The notes under the pieces were generated by a model. That model searched no databases and was not told where the DNA came from. It saw nothing but the letters and a program-made list of their open reading frames with translations. The position numbers and the translations under genes are program-made. A DNA stretch of 64,000 nucleotides, taken from positions 29,001 through 93,000 of the IMG/VR virus record IMGVR_UViG_3300043607_000039. One strand, 5' to 3'. Numbering within the stretch: the first letter of the stretch is position 1; every line of letters begins with the position of its first letter. Origin of the DNA: a virus. This document shows, piece after piece, positions 15,933 through 26,500 of the stretch.

Positions 15933-16023
15933 GCGGGTATTGAGCACCGGTAAGCTCAGCGGTCCGTTCGACCGTGGGTCGCTGACGAGTGACCAGTCAG
16001 AGTTCGAATCTCTAGTACCCGCA
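15933..16023 (+). ncRNA. Atypical long-V-arm tRNA-like RNA with non-canonical anticodon loop
   Basis: GCGGGTA/TACCCGC-A acceptor, D arm, gcggtc-CGTTC-gaccgt, 7-bp V arm, TTCGAAT. Confidence 0.6.
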
Positions 16024-16054
16024 CGCTCCCCAACGACGTAACGGATGGAGAACG

Positions 16055-17137
16055 ATGCGTTTCCTGAGAATCGCCATGACCGCGGTGCTGGTGAGTGCTT
16101 CTGCACTCCTGGCCTTCGCGGCACCGGCGCAAGCACATGCCGTCGATGACGGCTTCGGCCTCAAGGTGCACTCCTCCCACAAGGGTGTGTGTCTGTCGGC
16201 ACGGCTTCCTGTGGCTGCCGCCCCCGAGCAGCCAAAGGACTGGAGGGTCCAGGTGACCCTGTGCCAGCCGTTCCGTGTGACGCATGAGGTCGACGTCCTG
16301 ACCCACGGCGCCACGTACACCGGGGCATCGTGTCCGGCCCATGAGCCGTGTGCCTCCTACTGGGACTGGCCCCAGCAGCCCGGCAAGTACTCCTACGTCG
16401 GCAAGACGCTCGCTGACGGCCGCGCCACCTTGGCCTACGACCGGATCGGCAACGGGAACAGCAGCCGGCCCTTGAGTTCGGACATCACCATGGCGTCCGA
16501 CGCCTACGTACTGCACCAGCTGGTGGCGATCGTCAAGGCCCTGGGCTACGGGCACGTCAACTCGATCAGCCACTCCTACGGCTCTGGGGTCGCGCTCCAG
16601 GAGGCGGCCACCTACGGCGACGTTGATGCTCTGGTCCTCAGCGGCTACCTGCACCGGCCCAGCAACCCGGCCGTGACCGCCGGCAACTACCCGGCCAACA
16701 TGGACCCCAAGTTCCTGACGTCCGGTCTGGACAACGGGTACCTGACGTCCCGACCGGGTGTCCGTGGTACTTCGTTCCACTCCCCGACTTCGGACCCGGC
16801 CGTGGTGGCCTATGACGAGACGCAGAAGGACCTGGTCTCGCTGACCGGCCTGCTCGGGTTCCTCGGGGCTCGTGCAGTCCCGGCCGCCACGAACATCTCG
16901 AACACCATCACGGTGCCGGTGCTGGTCGTCAACGGCCAGCAGGACGCGATCTTCTGCTACCTCCCGGCGACGTTCAACTGCGCCGACGCGGCAGTGGTGA
17001 CCGCGAACGAGGCTCCGTTCTACGCCAACGCGGCCAGCTTCTCGGTGGTGACGATTGTGGACAGTGGTCATGACCTGACTCTGCACCCGACCGGCGCGGA
17101 GGACTCCTACCAGGTGATCAACGACTGGCTGGACTGA
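16055..17137 (+). CDS. Secreted alpha/beta hydrolase
   Basis: Signal peptide; HGATY, DRIGNGNS, SHSYG, PVLVVNGQQD, SGHDLTLH. Confidence 0.85.
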   Translation: MRFLRIAMTAVLVSASALLAFAAPAQAHAVDDGFGLKVHSSHKGVCLSARLPVAAAPEQPKDWRVQVTLCQPFRVTHEVDVLTHGATYTGASCPAHEPCASYWDWPQQPGKYSYVGKTLADGRATLAYDRIGNGNSSRPLSSDITMASDAYVLHQLVAIVKALGYGHVNSISHSYGSGVALQEAATYGDVDALVLSGYLHRPSNPAVTAGNYPANMDPKFLTSGLDNGYLTSRPGVRGTSFHSPTSDPAVVAYDETQKDLVSLTGLLGFLGARAVPAATNISNTITVPVLVVNGQQDAIFCYLPATFNCADAAVVTANEAPFYANAASFSVVTIVDSGHDLTLHPTGAEDSYQVINDWLD

Positions 17138-17697
17138 TGCCGAAACTCCTGGAGAGAGTGGCGGCAGTTGTTGCGATCACCCTTCTGCTCACCGGCTGCG
17201 TGCCGGCTGGCGGGAACGGCAACGGAGGTGGGGGCTTCACGGTCCCACCGTCGCCGGTACCACAGAGTCTGACGCCAGCCGTCGTTGGTCCCTCGGGCCA
17301 GGTTGACGTGGTCTTCATGGTGGAGACCTTCGACCAGCACGTCCTACCAACCGTCCGGGACAACGTGCTCATGATCGTGAGCGCCTTCTCGGCTGATGGC
17401 AGGATGGCCAGGTACATCGACAAGGTTACTGGCGAGTCGCTGCCGGGACCGCAAAGCTACTACCGCACAACGCCTTGGCCCTACTCGGCCACACTGGGCG
17501 TCGGCGTGGTCGCAGCGCATGTCTCCGGTGTCTTGAGCCCTGCGACCAGGGGTGAAGGAATCCGGTGCACGGTTGAAGTGGGTGGCACGCCGTTCCCACA
17601 GCTGACCGTCGAGAAGGTCGTGGAAGTGGACTACGGCGCGGCTCAAGTGACGTGCCTGTACTCACTTCCGGCTGGAGGCTTCAAGCCCCCGATGTAA
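17137..17697 (+). CDS. Lipoprotein
   Basis: LLTGC lipobox; paralog of 18809-19315. Confidence 0.75.
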   Translation: MPKLLERVAAVVAITLLLTGCVPAGGNGNGGGGFTVPPSPVPQSLTPAVVGPSGQVDVVFMVETFDQHVLPTVRDNVLMIVSAFSADGRMARYIDKVTGESLPGPQSYYRTTPWPYSATLGVGVVAAHVSGVLSPATRGEGIRCTVEVGGTPFPQLTVEKVVEVDYGAAQVTCLYSLPAGGFKPPM

Positions 17698-17736
17698 CGG
17701 CACGAACCGCTGGCGGGGTACCTACCGCTGGCGTCT

Positions 17737-17809
17737 GTCCTCGTAGCTCAACGGATAGAGCGCTGCCCTCCGAAGGCAGAGGTTGCTGGTTCGAATCCAG
17801 TCGAGGACG
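17737..17809 (+). tRNA. tRNA-Arg(CCG)
   Basis: ctgcc-CTCCGAA-ggcag. Confidence 0.92.
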
Positions 17810-17887
17810 CGGTGAGCGGGCCACGGTATACGGGGCCTGTGGAAGAGCTGGTCGAAGGGTCGATCAACCACCTACTTTCTGGAGAGA

Positions 17888-18415
17888 GTGATGGCTGAAG
17901 GAATCGCACCGGCCGTCGCGCTGATCAACCCCAAGCACCCACGCAACGTGGGTGCGGTGGTCAGGGCGGCCAGCTGCTACCAGATCAAGCAGGTGTGGTT
18001 CAGCGGCCACCGCGTGGCCCTGGAACCGCACCCCGGGTACCGCCTTCCACGTGAAGAGCGGATGCGGGGCTACAAGGACGTGGCCCTGCGCAACAGTGAC
18101 CGGATCTTCGATCAGTTCACCCCCGACGTCGTACCGGTGGCCGTCGAGCTGGTGCCCGGCTCTGAGTCGCTCATCTGGTTCGAGCATCCCGACAACGCCC
18201 TCTACGTCTTCGGGCCGGAGGACGGCTCCCTGAACCGCAGCGTCCTGGGGCAGTGTCACCGGTTCGTGCAGATTCCTACCCAGCACTGCACCAACCTGGG
18301 GGCCGCGGTCTACACGGTCCTGTATGACCGTCACGCCAAGCGCGTCCGTGCCGGCCTGGACCAGCTCCACGAGCCTGGCCGCCTGACCTACGCTGATGAT
18401 GACGGGGAGGGCTGA
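17888..18415 (+). CDS. SpoU/TrmH-family RNA 2'-O-methyltransferase
   Basis: NPKHPRNVGAVVRAA, YVFGPEDG, IP..CTNLGAAV. Confidence 0.85.
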   Translation: MMAEGIAPAVALINPKHPRNVGAVVRAASCYQIKQVWFSGHRVALEPHPGYRLPREERMRGYKDVALRNSDRIFDQFTPDVVPVAVELVPGSESLIWFEHPDNALYVFGPEDGSLNRSVLGQCHRFVQIPTQHCTNLGAAVYTVLYDRHAKRVRAGLDQLHEPGRLTYADDDGEG

Positions 18416-18645
18416 TGGCTCGGCTACCAAGCCAGGGATGGTTGATTCAGCAAATTGGCGCCCAGGTCATTCTCTTCCGCGAGCACACGGAGGAGGAGAT
18501 CGTGAGATTCGACCCGAGCGACATGAACTCGACCGCTACGGCCCAGTTCACCATCTTCAGCAGCGAGCTGAGCGACGAGGATAAGTGCTTCGCCCACTTC
18601 TGGTCGGGGTACTTTTATGCGCACGCAACAGGGAATGTCCTGTGA
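18415..18645 (+). CDS. Hypothetical protein
   Basis: Coupled ORF, 76 aa. Confidence 0.55.
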   Translation: MARLPSQGWLIQQIGAQVILFREHTEEEIVRFDPSDMNSTATAQFTIFSSELSDEDKCFAHFWSGYFYAHATGNVL

Positions 18646-18691
18646 ACAGTCGTATCAAGGAAGCCGTTGCCCAGGTCGTGGTAACAAACAA

Positions 18692-18763
18692 GCGCATGTG
18701 GCTGAATGGTAAAGCGCACGCCTGCAAAGCGTGCTTTCGCCGGTTCGAATCCGGCCTTGCGCT
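18692..18763 (+). tRNA. tRNA-Cys(GCA)
   Basis: cacgc-CTGCAAA-gcgtg; U73. Confidence 0.9.
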
Positions 18764-18770
18764 CGATGCA

Positions 18771-18800
18771 GTCCCCCCACCCTTGATCAGGTGGGGGGCT
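18771..18800. terminator. Hairpin between convergent units
   Basis: CCCCCCACC/GGTGGGGGG inverted repeat. Confidence 0.6.
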
Positions 18801-18808
18801 CGCACCAA

Positions 18809-19315
18809 CTACTTCGGGGCAGGAATGAAGGTCTGCGTGCAGACCGCAGTGACCGGCTCGCCGGGGAATGCCACGACCGCCACGTTCTCTGGTCGTATGG
18901 GCAACTCCTTGCCATTCACGGCGACTCGACAGACGAGCTGGTCGCCGGTCGCAGCATGAAGAACCGTCGCCGTAATGGTCACGGTAACAACCCGTGGGCC
19001 GAGGGTGGCGGTGTACTCCCAGGGTGCAAGTCGGTTCATGATCTGTGGTCCGGGTCGCGTTTCCCCGTTCTCCTCGTCGATGTAGTTGGCCATCCGGCCT
19101 TCCACGTCGTAGGAGCTGATGGAGACGTTGATCTCGCCGTTGATTTCCCGGCTTGAACGGTCAAGGACGTTGACTTCAAAGTCAACGTTCTGGGAGGAGA
19201 TCTGGAACGGCCCGGCCGGTGCGGATTCGATGGGATCGGGCAACGGGTTGATGTTGCAGGCCGCCAGGGCCACGACCACCGTGGCTGCCACCATGATGCA
19301 TTTAAGTGTCCTCAT
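18809..19315 (-). CDS. Lipoprotein
   Basis: LAAC lipobox; paralog of 17137-17697. Confidence 0.75.
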   Translation of the reverse strand: MRTLKCIMVAATVVVALAACNINPLPDPIESAPAGPFQISSQNVDFEVNVLDRSSREINGEINVSISSYDVEGRMANYIDEENGETRPGPQIMNRLAPWEYTATLGPRVVTVTITATVLHAATGDQLVCRVAVNGKELPIRPENVAVVAFPGEPVTAVCTQTFIPAPK

Positions 19316-19328
19316 GCCCTAGAGTCTG

Positions 19329-19344
19329 ACGGGTACGTAGGGGT
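19329..19344. promoter_or_regulatory. Operator copy within leftward promoter
   Basis: ACGGGTACGTAGGGGT; TTGACT adjacent on minus strand. Confidence 0.55.
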
Positions 19345-19379
19345 GTAGTCAAGCTATGCTGTCCACTGTGGAGATTCAC

Positions 19380-19449
19380 GCCGAGTGGTCTCGGGAACCA
19401 GCTGCCTTTCATACGGGCGGCCTGCCCAGTTCGAATCTGGGACTCGGTA
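19380..19449 (+). tRNA. tRNA with CAT anticodon (Met/Ile2), atypical
   Basis: ctgcct-TTCATAC-gggcgg; short D arm. Confidence 0.65.
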
Positions 19450-19564
19450 CATGGCGACATTGGAAGAGGAGTACGGGTACGTAGAGCAGACCATGGTCCC
19501 TGACTCTGACACCGCGTGGTTCGATGGTCCCCATGACGTGTTCCTGAGCCTTGGGCTTCGATGA

Positions 19565-19937
19565 CATGCCGACATCAACAATGTGTGCCTCCTGCGGTCA
19601 GATGCAGAAGATGGCTGACGATGTACTGGCGAACAACCTCTTTGATCCTCACGTCAATCTCCAGACACAGCAGCTCTGTGAAGGTGTACCTGTGAGTGAG
19701 GGGTCGTTGGCCATCATTGCTGAGGCAATCGCCGCCGAGGTACTTGCGAAGAAGCACCGCGCCCGGGTCATCGAACTCGGCGAACAGATCGCTGAGCAGC
19801 ACGCCGAACTCCTAGCCCGGCTCGCGGCCGGACCGACCGACGAGATGGACGCCACCGAGGACCAGATCGACCAGATGATGGCCGATGGCGAGCCGGTCAT
19901 CGTTCACGGCACCGGCTGGTGCGCCCCCAGCCCGTAG
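19565..19937 (+). CDS. Hypothetical protein
   Basis: ORF with CASC; start uncertain. Confidence 0.5.
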
Positions 19938-20026
19938 CTAAAAAATCTTACCCGTACCCCTTGACTCGGGTCCCTCTGTGTCTGTAACTTTGTCCGTAGA
20001 AGCCAGATGAAGTAACCCAGAGGGAG

Positions 20027-21100
20027 ATGGCAATGTCTGCAAACGTTGACTCGATGTTCTCGGTTCGCGAGGTTCCGTGGCACCGCGAGGGCACCATCCT
20101 CGCCGAGTACCCGGGCTCGTGGGCCGAGGCCAGGAAGCAGGCCGGTCTGGAGTGGGAGCCGATCGAGGCCGACGTCTACCGGCAGATCGGCACCGAGCAG
20201 ATCGAGCGGCCGAAGTACGAGTTCTACGCCATGGACGGCGAGACGGTGCTCTTCAAGCAGAACGGCACCGAGGTCGTCGGCGAGGAGCCGGTGTACGAGC
20301 TGAACCCCGACCACAAGCACATCGTGCGCAGCGACACGGGCGCCGTGCTCTCGGTCAACGGCAAGGGCTACACCCTCATCAACCACGACGCGATGGGCGA
20401 GATCATCGAGGCCGTCCTGGAGCAGCCGAACGTGAAGTGGGAGACGGCCGGTTCGCTCGACGGCGGGCGCAAGGTCTGGGCCCTGGCCATGTTGGACGAA
20501 CCGATCGTGCTGCCGGGCGACGACACCGCCGCCTACCCCTACCTCGCATTCACCAACTGCCACGACGGCACCGGCGCCTGCGCCCTGCGGGCCACGGCCA
20601 TCCGGGTCGTCTGCCAGAACACCTACCGCGCGGCCGAGATGGAGGGCAAGCGCACCAAGGCCACCTTCTCCTTCCGGCACTCCACCGGGTGGCGAGACCG
20701 GATCCAGCAGGCCCGTGACGCCGTTCACGGCGTGCGCCAGGAGATGGTCGAGTACCGCGAGCTGATGACCGACCTGCTGGGCGTCCCGGTCACCGCCGGC
20801 CAGCGCAAGCTGTTCATCACCGAGTTCATCCCGATGCCGCCGGCCGGGATGGTCACCGAGCGAGTCATGGGCAACGTGGAAGGCGCCCGTACCAAGCTCC
20901 GCGAGATCTTCAACTCCCCCACCACCGTCAACGTCCAGGACACCATGTACGGCGTCATCCAGGCGAGCGGGGAGTACCTGGACCACGTCCGGACCGCCCG
21001 CACCTGGGAGACCCGGCTCAACCGCAACATCATGAAGCCCGAGCCGCTGAAGGCCAAGGCTCTCAACCTGATCCGCGAGATCGTGGCCGCGGGGGTCTGA
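20027..21100 (+). CDS. DUF932 phage/plasmid-like protein
   Basis: VREVPWH..G, ETAGSL.GGRKVW, HDG.GA, RVVCQNT, FRH. Confidence 0.85.
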   Translation: MAMSANVDSMFSVREVPWHREGTILAEYPGSWAEARKQAGLEWEPIEADVYRQIGTEQIERPKYEFYAMDGETVLFKQNGTEVVGEEPVYELNPDHKHIVRSDTGAVLSVNGKGYTLINHDAMGEIIEAVLEQPNVKWETAGSLDGGRKVWALAMLDEPIVLPGDDTAAYPYLAFTNCHDGTGACALRATAIRVVCQNTYRAAEMEGKRTKATFSFRHSTGWRDRIQQARDAVHGVRQEMVEYRELMTDLLGVPVTAGQRKLFITEFIPMPPAGMVTERVMGNVEGARTKLREIFNSPTTVNVQDTMYGVIQASGEYLDHVRTARTWETRLNRNIMKPEPLKAKALNLIREIVAAGV

Positions 21101-21110
21101 CCCACAAGGC

Positions 21111-21143
21111 AGGGAGCCCTCCTCGGTCGGAGGAGGGCTCCCC
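21111..21143 (+). terminator. Inverted repeat after DUF932
   Basis: GGGAGCCCTCCTC/GAGGAGGGCTCCC. Confidence 0.65.
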
Positions 21144-21164
21144 TTCCACAGAAGGAGCAAGGCA

Positions 21165-21605
21165 ATGCAGATCAACGAAGAGGCTCTGACTGTCGCGCAC
21201 GTGGCCGTCGAGGACCTGCTCGTCGACATGCGGGACAGCCACATGTTCACGTTGGCGGCCAACGGGCTCGTCGTGAACAACAAGGATGGATCGCTGTCCG
21301 ACATCAAGCGCCTGGGCACGCGGCAGGGACTCCAGCTCGGCGTCGAGACCTACCTCAAGAACGTGAAGCTGTACGTGGTCATGGTCCATGACCGTCACCT
21401 CGACCCCGAGGCCCGCATCTACACCTCGGCCGACGAGGCCATCACCGTTGCCCGGGGACTTGCCCACGACATGGGCCTGGTCGACAGCGGCGATGAGGAC
21501 TTCAACGACGACGGCTTGGCTCAAGCTGGCTGGCTGTATTACGCCAACCACCCCCGTGAGAGCGACATTGTCTGGGTCGTGGAGAAGGGGATCAACGAGT
21601 CCTGA
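21165..21605 (+). CDS. Hypothetical protein
   Basis: RBS AAGGAG; high GC3. Confidence 0.65.
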   Translation: MQINEEALTVAHVAVEDLLVDMRDSHMFTLAANGLVVNNKDGSLSDIKRLGTRQGLQLGVETYLKNVKLYVVMVHDRHLDPEARIYTSADEAITVARGLAHDMGLVDSGDEDFNDDGLAQAGWLYYANHPRESDIVWVVEKGINES

Positions 21606-21666
21606 CCAAGAACCCAAGCCCCGTGGATCCATGGGAACTGTTCGCCTAACCGAGAAAGGAACGCTC

Positions 21667-22137
21667 ATGAAGAACAAGCTCATCGCCGGGCTCACCGCCC
21701 TGGTTGCCCTGGTCACCGCGACCGCCTGCACCCAGCCGCTTCCGGCCAACGACACCGACCGCATCACCTTCGCCATCGAGGCCTACTACCAAGCCGATGG
21801 CGTGGAACGGTCGGTCCTGTCGCAGACCAACGTGGTCGCGAGCATCACCAACCTCACCACCAACGACATCCACATCCGGGACGGCCGCAGCGGAGCCTGG
21901 CTCGTCCTCCCCTGGGAGATGAACGAGGACTTCGATCTCCCGATCCGTTACCAGTTCACCTACGACCGTCGCGACACCAAGCTTGAGGACTTCCGCCTCG
22001 TGGTCAAGGCCCTGGTCAATGCCGACCGCGACATGCACCTGCGGTGCACCCTGTTCGACACCAACGAGCGCGTGATCACCCGCAATGAGGTCGTCATCGA
22101 CGGCTCGCTCACCGGCACCGTCAGCTGTGCCAACTGA
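21667..22137 (+). CDS. Lipoprotein
   Basis: MKNK..ATAC lipobox; two C-terminal Cys. Confidence 0.7.
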   Translation: MKNKLIAGLTALVALVTATACTQPLPANDTDRITFAIEAYYQADGVERSVLSQTNVVASITNLTTNDIHIRDGRSGAWLVLPWEMNEDFDLPIRYQFTYDRRDTKLEDFRLVVKALVNADRDMHLRCTLFDTNERVITRNEVVIDGSLTGTVSCAN

Positions 22138-22204
22138 AGTGACCGAGGTATGGCCCCCCGCTGACAGGGTGGGGGCCATACCCTTATCCGGGGAAGGAGG
22201 ACAG

Positions 22205-22666
22205 GTGCCCACGACCAGACGTAGGAAGCCCGACCCGTTCATTGCCCTACTGGAAACGTACCGGGTCGCCCAAGGGATCACAGTCGCCAAGATGTGTCAA
22301 GACGCCGGCCTGAGGTCTCACATGTGGCATACGTACAAGATCGGAAATCAACAGCCTTCAGTGATATCGCTGCGGGCACTGACCCAGGCGCTGGGCCTGG
22401 AGCTGACGGTGGTTGAGACGGCAAGGTATCGGCCGAGCGCCGTGCCAGTGGTTGACGTCAAGAGGCTACAGCGCGAGTTCGGGGCGGCCATTGAGTCCGT
22501 GCAGCGCATCGGGGTCCTCCTGGAAGAGGTCGGCGACAGGTTGCTGTCACACACACAGAATGGAGCGCGCCATGTCCCAGCACATCCTGAGCCTGTCGGA
22601 GGTGGGGAAGATCCTGGGCCTGACCCCGGACACAGTGACTCGGTATATGCGCGAGTCCCTGCCTGA
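22205..22666 (+). CDS. XRE-type HTH protein
   Basis: RVAQGIT..MCQDAGL...G..QPS..SLRALTQALG. Confidence 0.65.
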   Translation: MPTTRRRKPDPFIALLETYRVAQGITVAKMCQDAGLRSHMWHTYKIGNQQPSVISLRALTQALGLELTVVETARYRPSAVPVVDVKRLQREFGAAIESVQRIGVLLEEVGDRLLSHTQNGARHVPAHPEPVGGGEDPGPDPGHSDSVYARVPA

Positions 22667-22817
22667 TGGTCGGTACGCCAGCCACCCGTTCCCGGACCCC
22701 GACGGCCGACTGGGGAACTCTCCGTACTGGCTGCCGGATCGGACTGCGGAGATCTACAACTGGGGAGTAACCCGGATCGGCCGTGGTGTAGGCGGCGGAC
22801 CTAAGACAAGGCGATAG
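22572..22817 (+). CDS. HTH DNA-binding protein
   Basis: LSLSEVGKILGLTPDTVTRY..FPDPDGRLG.SPYW. Confidence 0.75.
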   Translation: MSQHILSLSEVGKILGLTPDTVTRYMRESLPDGRYASHPFPDPDGRLGNSPYWLPDRTAEIYNWGVTRIGRGVGGGPKTRR

Positions 22818-22819
22818 AC

Positions 22820-22851
22820 GAAGGCCCCGGGCTAGGGAACCCGGGGCCTTC
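22820..22851. terminator. Bidirectional terminator
   Basis: GAAGGCCCCGG/CCGGGGCCTTC between convergent genes. Confidence 0.7.
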
Positions 22852-22865
22852 GCTGTGGGATGCGA

Positions 22866-23003
22866 TTACGTTGTGATCACTGCGAGGGCAACGAACACGA
22901 ACCCAAGCCAGCCGATGTGCACGCGACCGTATTCACCGAATCCCAGAGCCGCGACCAAGAAACAGATCCCGGCGATGATCCACAGCAGCAAGTCGATGCT
23001 CAT
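22866..23003 (-). CDS. Small two-TM membrane protein
   Basis: MSIDLLLWIIAGICFLVAALGFG..IGWLGFVFVALAVITT; RBS AAGG. Confidence 0.55.
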   Translation of the reverse strand: MSIDLLLWIIAGICFLVAALGFGEYGRVHIGWLGFVFVALAVITT

Positions 23004-23015
23004 GGCTGACCTTCC

Positions 23016-23534
23016 TTACGGGGTGGGCTCGGGCTCCGGCTCCGGGGCGGGCTCATCGGGGGTGACCTCGGTGACCTCGCCGGCCACGACCTCAAGCCGC
23101 TCGGCGTCGCCGGCCACGACAACCAGAAGCAGGTCGCCAGAAGCGGTCAGCGGGCCGGTGCCCTCGACGTGGACGGTGGCCGAACCGAGCACGCCCACGG
23201 CCGCCGCCGAAGCGGTGCCATCGCCGTTGTCGGTCAGGTTGATGATCGACGGGTCGTCGACCGTGTAGACCACAACCTCACCCGCAGGCAGCGGGACCGG
23301 GTTGCCTACCTCATCTGCGGCCGCGACTGATAACGCGACCTTCTTGTCTGCCTGGAGGTCCACGAGGACATCCGCCTTTCTTGGTGGTTTGTGAGCTGGG
23401 GCTGGTCCCGCAACTCGGTCTGACTCATCCGTGTCGAGCGCCGGGCCAATATGCCAAAGCAAACGGCGCGACTCTGGGCATGGTTTGGGACAACAGCAAC
23501 CGTCAACGGTTACCTGAACGGTAATGCTCAACAA
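23016..23534 (-). CDS. Hypothetical beta-rich protein
   Basis: DEVGNPV..YTVDDPSI..DNGDGTA; start uncertain. Confidence 0.6.
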   Translation of the reverse strand: MLSITVQVTVDGCCCPKPCPESRRLLWHIGPALDTDESDRVAGPAPAHKPPRKADVLVDLQADKKVALSVAAADEVGNPVPLPAGEVVVYTVDDPSIINLTDNGDGTASAAAVGVLGSATVHVEGTGPLTASGDLLLVVVAGDAERLEVVAGEVTEVTPDEPAPEPEPEPTP

Positions 23535-23588
23535 AGCCTCCTAGAAAGAGGCGGACGATCCTATGTTCTCATACCCGACTGCCTGGAT

Positions 23589-26500
23589 CTAGAAACCATA
23601 GTTGTACGATCCGGCGTCCTGCCATAGAGACTGAAGCGTAGAAGAAAGGGCATCCCGCGGCGACGAAATGCGAACCTCTTTCTTTTCACCATCCATCAGG
23701 AAGCGGCAGGCGTGAACTAAGGCGTCAAGTCTGTCTGGTGAATCCCTGGTGCCCCAGCCAACGAACGTGGACATCTGGTCTTCCAGCTCCTGTTGATGAC
23801 CCAGGATGTGAAGTCGGCCCTGTTCACAGCGCATGGCAACAGGCTCACCGCGGGTGCGCTTTCCGATTTTGGTATCGATGCCCACGATGGGCGGCTTGGT
23901 ATGTGCGGGGAATAGGCCCTGCCCGACCAGTTCGAAGTAAGCGTCGTGGAAGACCTGAGACATCCACTTTTTACCGAGGTTGACTTCGCAGACGAGCTTG
24001 TCGGCCCCGAACTCGGCCACCACCCGCCAGGCCTCCAGCGCGGCGGCCCGACCCACGGACATGATCGAGCGGTCGGCTAGGACGTACATGTGCTTCTGGC
24101 GGTCCCGGCCGACAACGACAATGCCCATCTCGTCGTCCTCGCCGGTGAGCGAGGGGTCGACCCCCACGACCGTGGCCACCAGATCGTCGGGGACGTCCAG
24201 GATCCGGTTGTTCTCGATGTCCAGACGGGAGAACAGGGCGCCCTCGAACGCCTCGATGATCTCGCCGTACAGCTCCTGGCGGCCGACCATCGTGCCTTCG
24301 TACCGTCGTCGAAGCTCTTCGATCACCAGGGACGAGAGGTTCGAGGCGTTCTCGAACGTGGAGCCCCGCATCAGGTGGACGGTGCCGTCGCCACGGCGCA
24401 CCCATTCCTGGAGAATGTCCACCGGCTTCGGCGTGGTGGTCACGAACGCCCGGGGGTGGTCGCCGGCCAGGTCGGCCCGGAGGGAGGGCATGATGCCTTC
24501 CTCCCACGACTTCTTCGGGAACTTCCATTTGCAGTTGTGGACCAGGATGCGACCGCTGCCGGCAAAAAACTCCGGATCATCGCCTTCGACGGTGATGTCG
24601 TAGACGTTGATTGTCTCTGGCATCCGCCGGATGCCAGAGATCCGCACCGGGTGATGTGGCGCTAGCCCACGGCCCAACATGTCTTCGGGTGCTCCGTACT
24701 TCGCGGTCCAAACGACGTCGTTGACGTGAAGCTCGGACACCTTCCGCCAGCCTTCGTCGGTCCACACCCGGTGGTCCGGCGTCAGCCTCACGGTTGCGGT
24801 GCCGCCAGTAGAGATTTCCCAGACCTCAGCGTCTGGCTGCGTGAGGCGAGACATGATGACCCTGGCGTAGCCGTTACGTGTCAGTACCTCGTCTCCGACT
24901 CGTACGTCTTGAACCGGTGTCCCCAAACGGGGACCACTCCGCGTGAGAATCGGCTCGTTCTTGGCGATACAGATCTCATCGAGCCACGCGCCCGATGAGT
25001 TATAACCACGACCAACGTCCGGGTCATCCGCACCTTCGGTATAGATCTTCGTGCCCGAAGGGAACAGCACCATGGGGCGTGGGCTCATCTTGTAGCGGTG
25101 TCGAATCTTGCGACGGTTCAGTACCTGGAGAATCCCAGCCGGCCCCTCCATGCAAATCGTCCGGCCGTCGGAAAGCGTCTCCGCGATAACCAGCCACTCG
25201 GTCGGGACACCGCGACTGTCGTAGGGGTGCTTAATCGTCTGGGAGACGATCCATTCGCTGCCACTGCGGGAGTTGTGGGTTGGGATCAGGCCCTCGCCGA
25301 CGAGGTACATGGAGTTCGGGGAGTCCACCGTGATGCAGCGCATCGGGGTCGGGTCAATTCGCTCGGCCCCGATGATCATGCGGTGCTGGGTCCGAAGCCC
25401 CTGGCCATCCGGGGGTACGTAGGTGGCCATCTTGCGGGGGGATGTGAACGGGTTGAACGTGGGGCGCCAGGAGACTCGGTACTTGGCCCCCTTGTCGACG
25501 CCGTAGAGCTGGGCCCGTCCCACATGCATGTAGGGGCGCTGGCCAAGCGAGCGGGCCAGGTGCATGACACCGTCGGCCAGCTCTTTGGTGATCGAGCAGA
25601 ACTCCACCTTGGATGCTTCGCCGTAACCGTCGGAGTCCATGAGGCCAGCGAGAAGCGCCCTGCGCTGTTCCACCGACGCCCAGAGGTACTTCTGGGGAAC
25701 ATGCTTGTTGTCCAGAACGTCGATGTGACGCAACTGACTAACCAGGCCGCCGGGCGTTCCCGTGAACCACTGCCCGTCCCTAGGCCTGAGTAGGCAATCG
25801 AAGCCTGCATCAATGACGCACTCCACGACGTGGTCGATGTCGGCTAGGTGACCGGAAATAGTCCCGGCAGAAGTTGAGCCGTTGCCCAGCCAGTAGCCAA
25901 GTAGCCACGGATCCACCGTCAGGCGCACCTCCGGCAACTCAAGAGCGCCGGTCAGGGGAATCGAATGGTTCAGGTCACCACGGGCGTTGTATGTCAGCGT
26001 GTCTACGAGGTCCTGTGTGGTTCTGATTCGGGGGCCAGGGCCTTCTTGATCCCGGTACGGTGGGTTGCTCTTGTGCCGCTTCATGGGGCGCCATGTTGGC
26101 CAGTCCAGCGGGAACCTGGTCGTGTCGGATTCGTACTGGGAGCGGAGGTACGCCTTCCGATCTCTGTGTTCCCACGTCACCCATTGGTGCTCTGAGCATG
26201 TATCGATGTACAGGCCGTCGTTAAAGGTCAACCGGTAGGCGACCTCTGGGTCTTGGTCAAACGTCGCGGTGACCCGGCACGGCTTACCGGCTTCGTCGAA
26301 AACCCAGTCCCCGACCTCCAGATCACCGAGCTTCTTGAATCCGCCCCGGCCTGGCACGGGTCGACGGCGTTCATCGGTGCTACAGTTCGCAACTGGAATA
26401 GATGTAGATACGTCGATCGCCTTTCCCCAACCGCGGCCAGCCAATGCCAGGCACACGAACCAGTTACCGGGCGGCGGAATCTGCTCGGGACGGGCTACCC

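Noticed and set aside
19904-21319. Long antisense ORFs (also 2110-3417, 29358-30581, 31979-33295)
   Set aside because: Shadow frames of high-GC genes on the opposite strand
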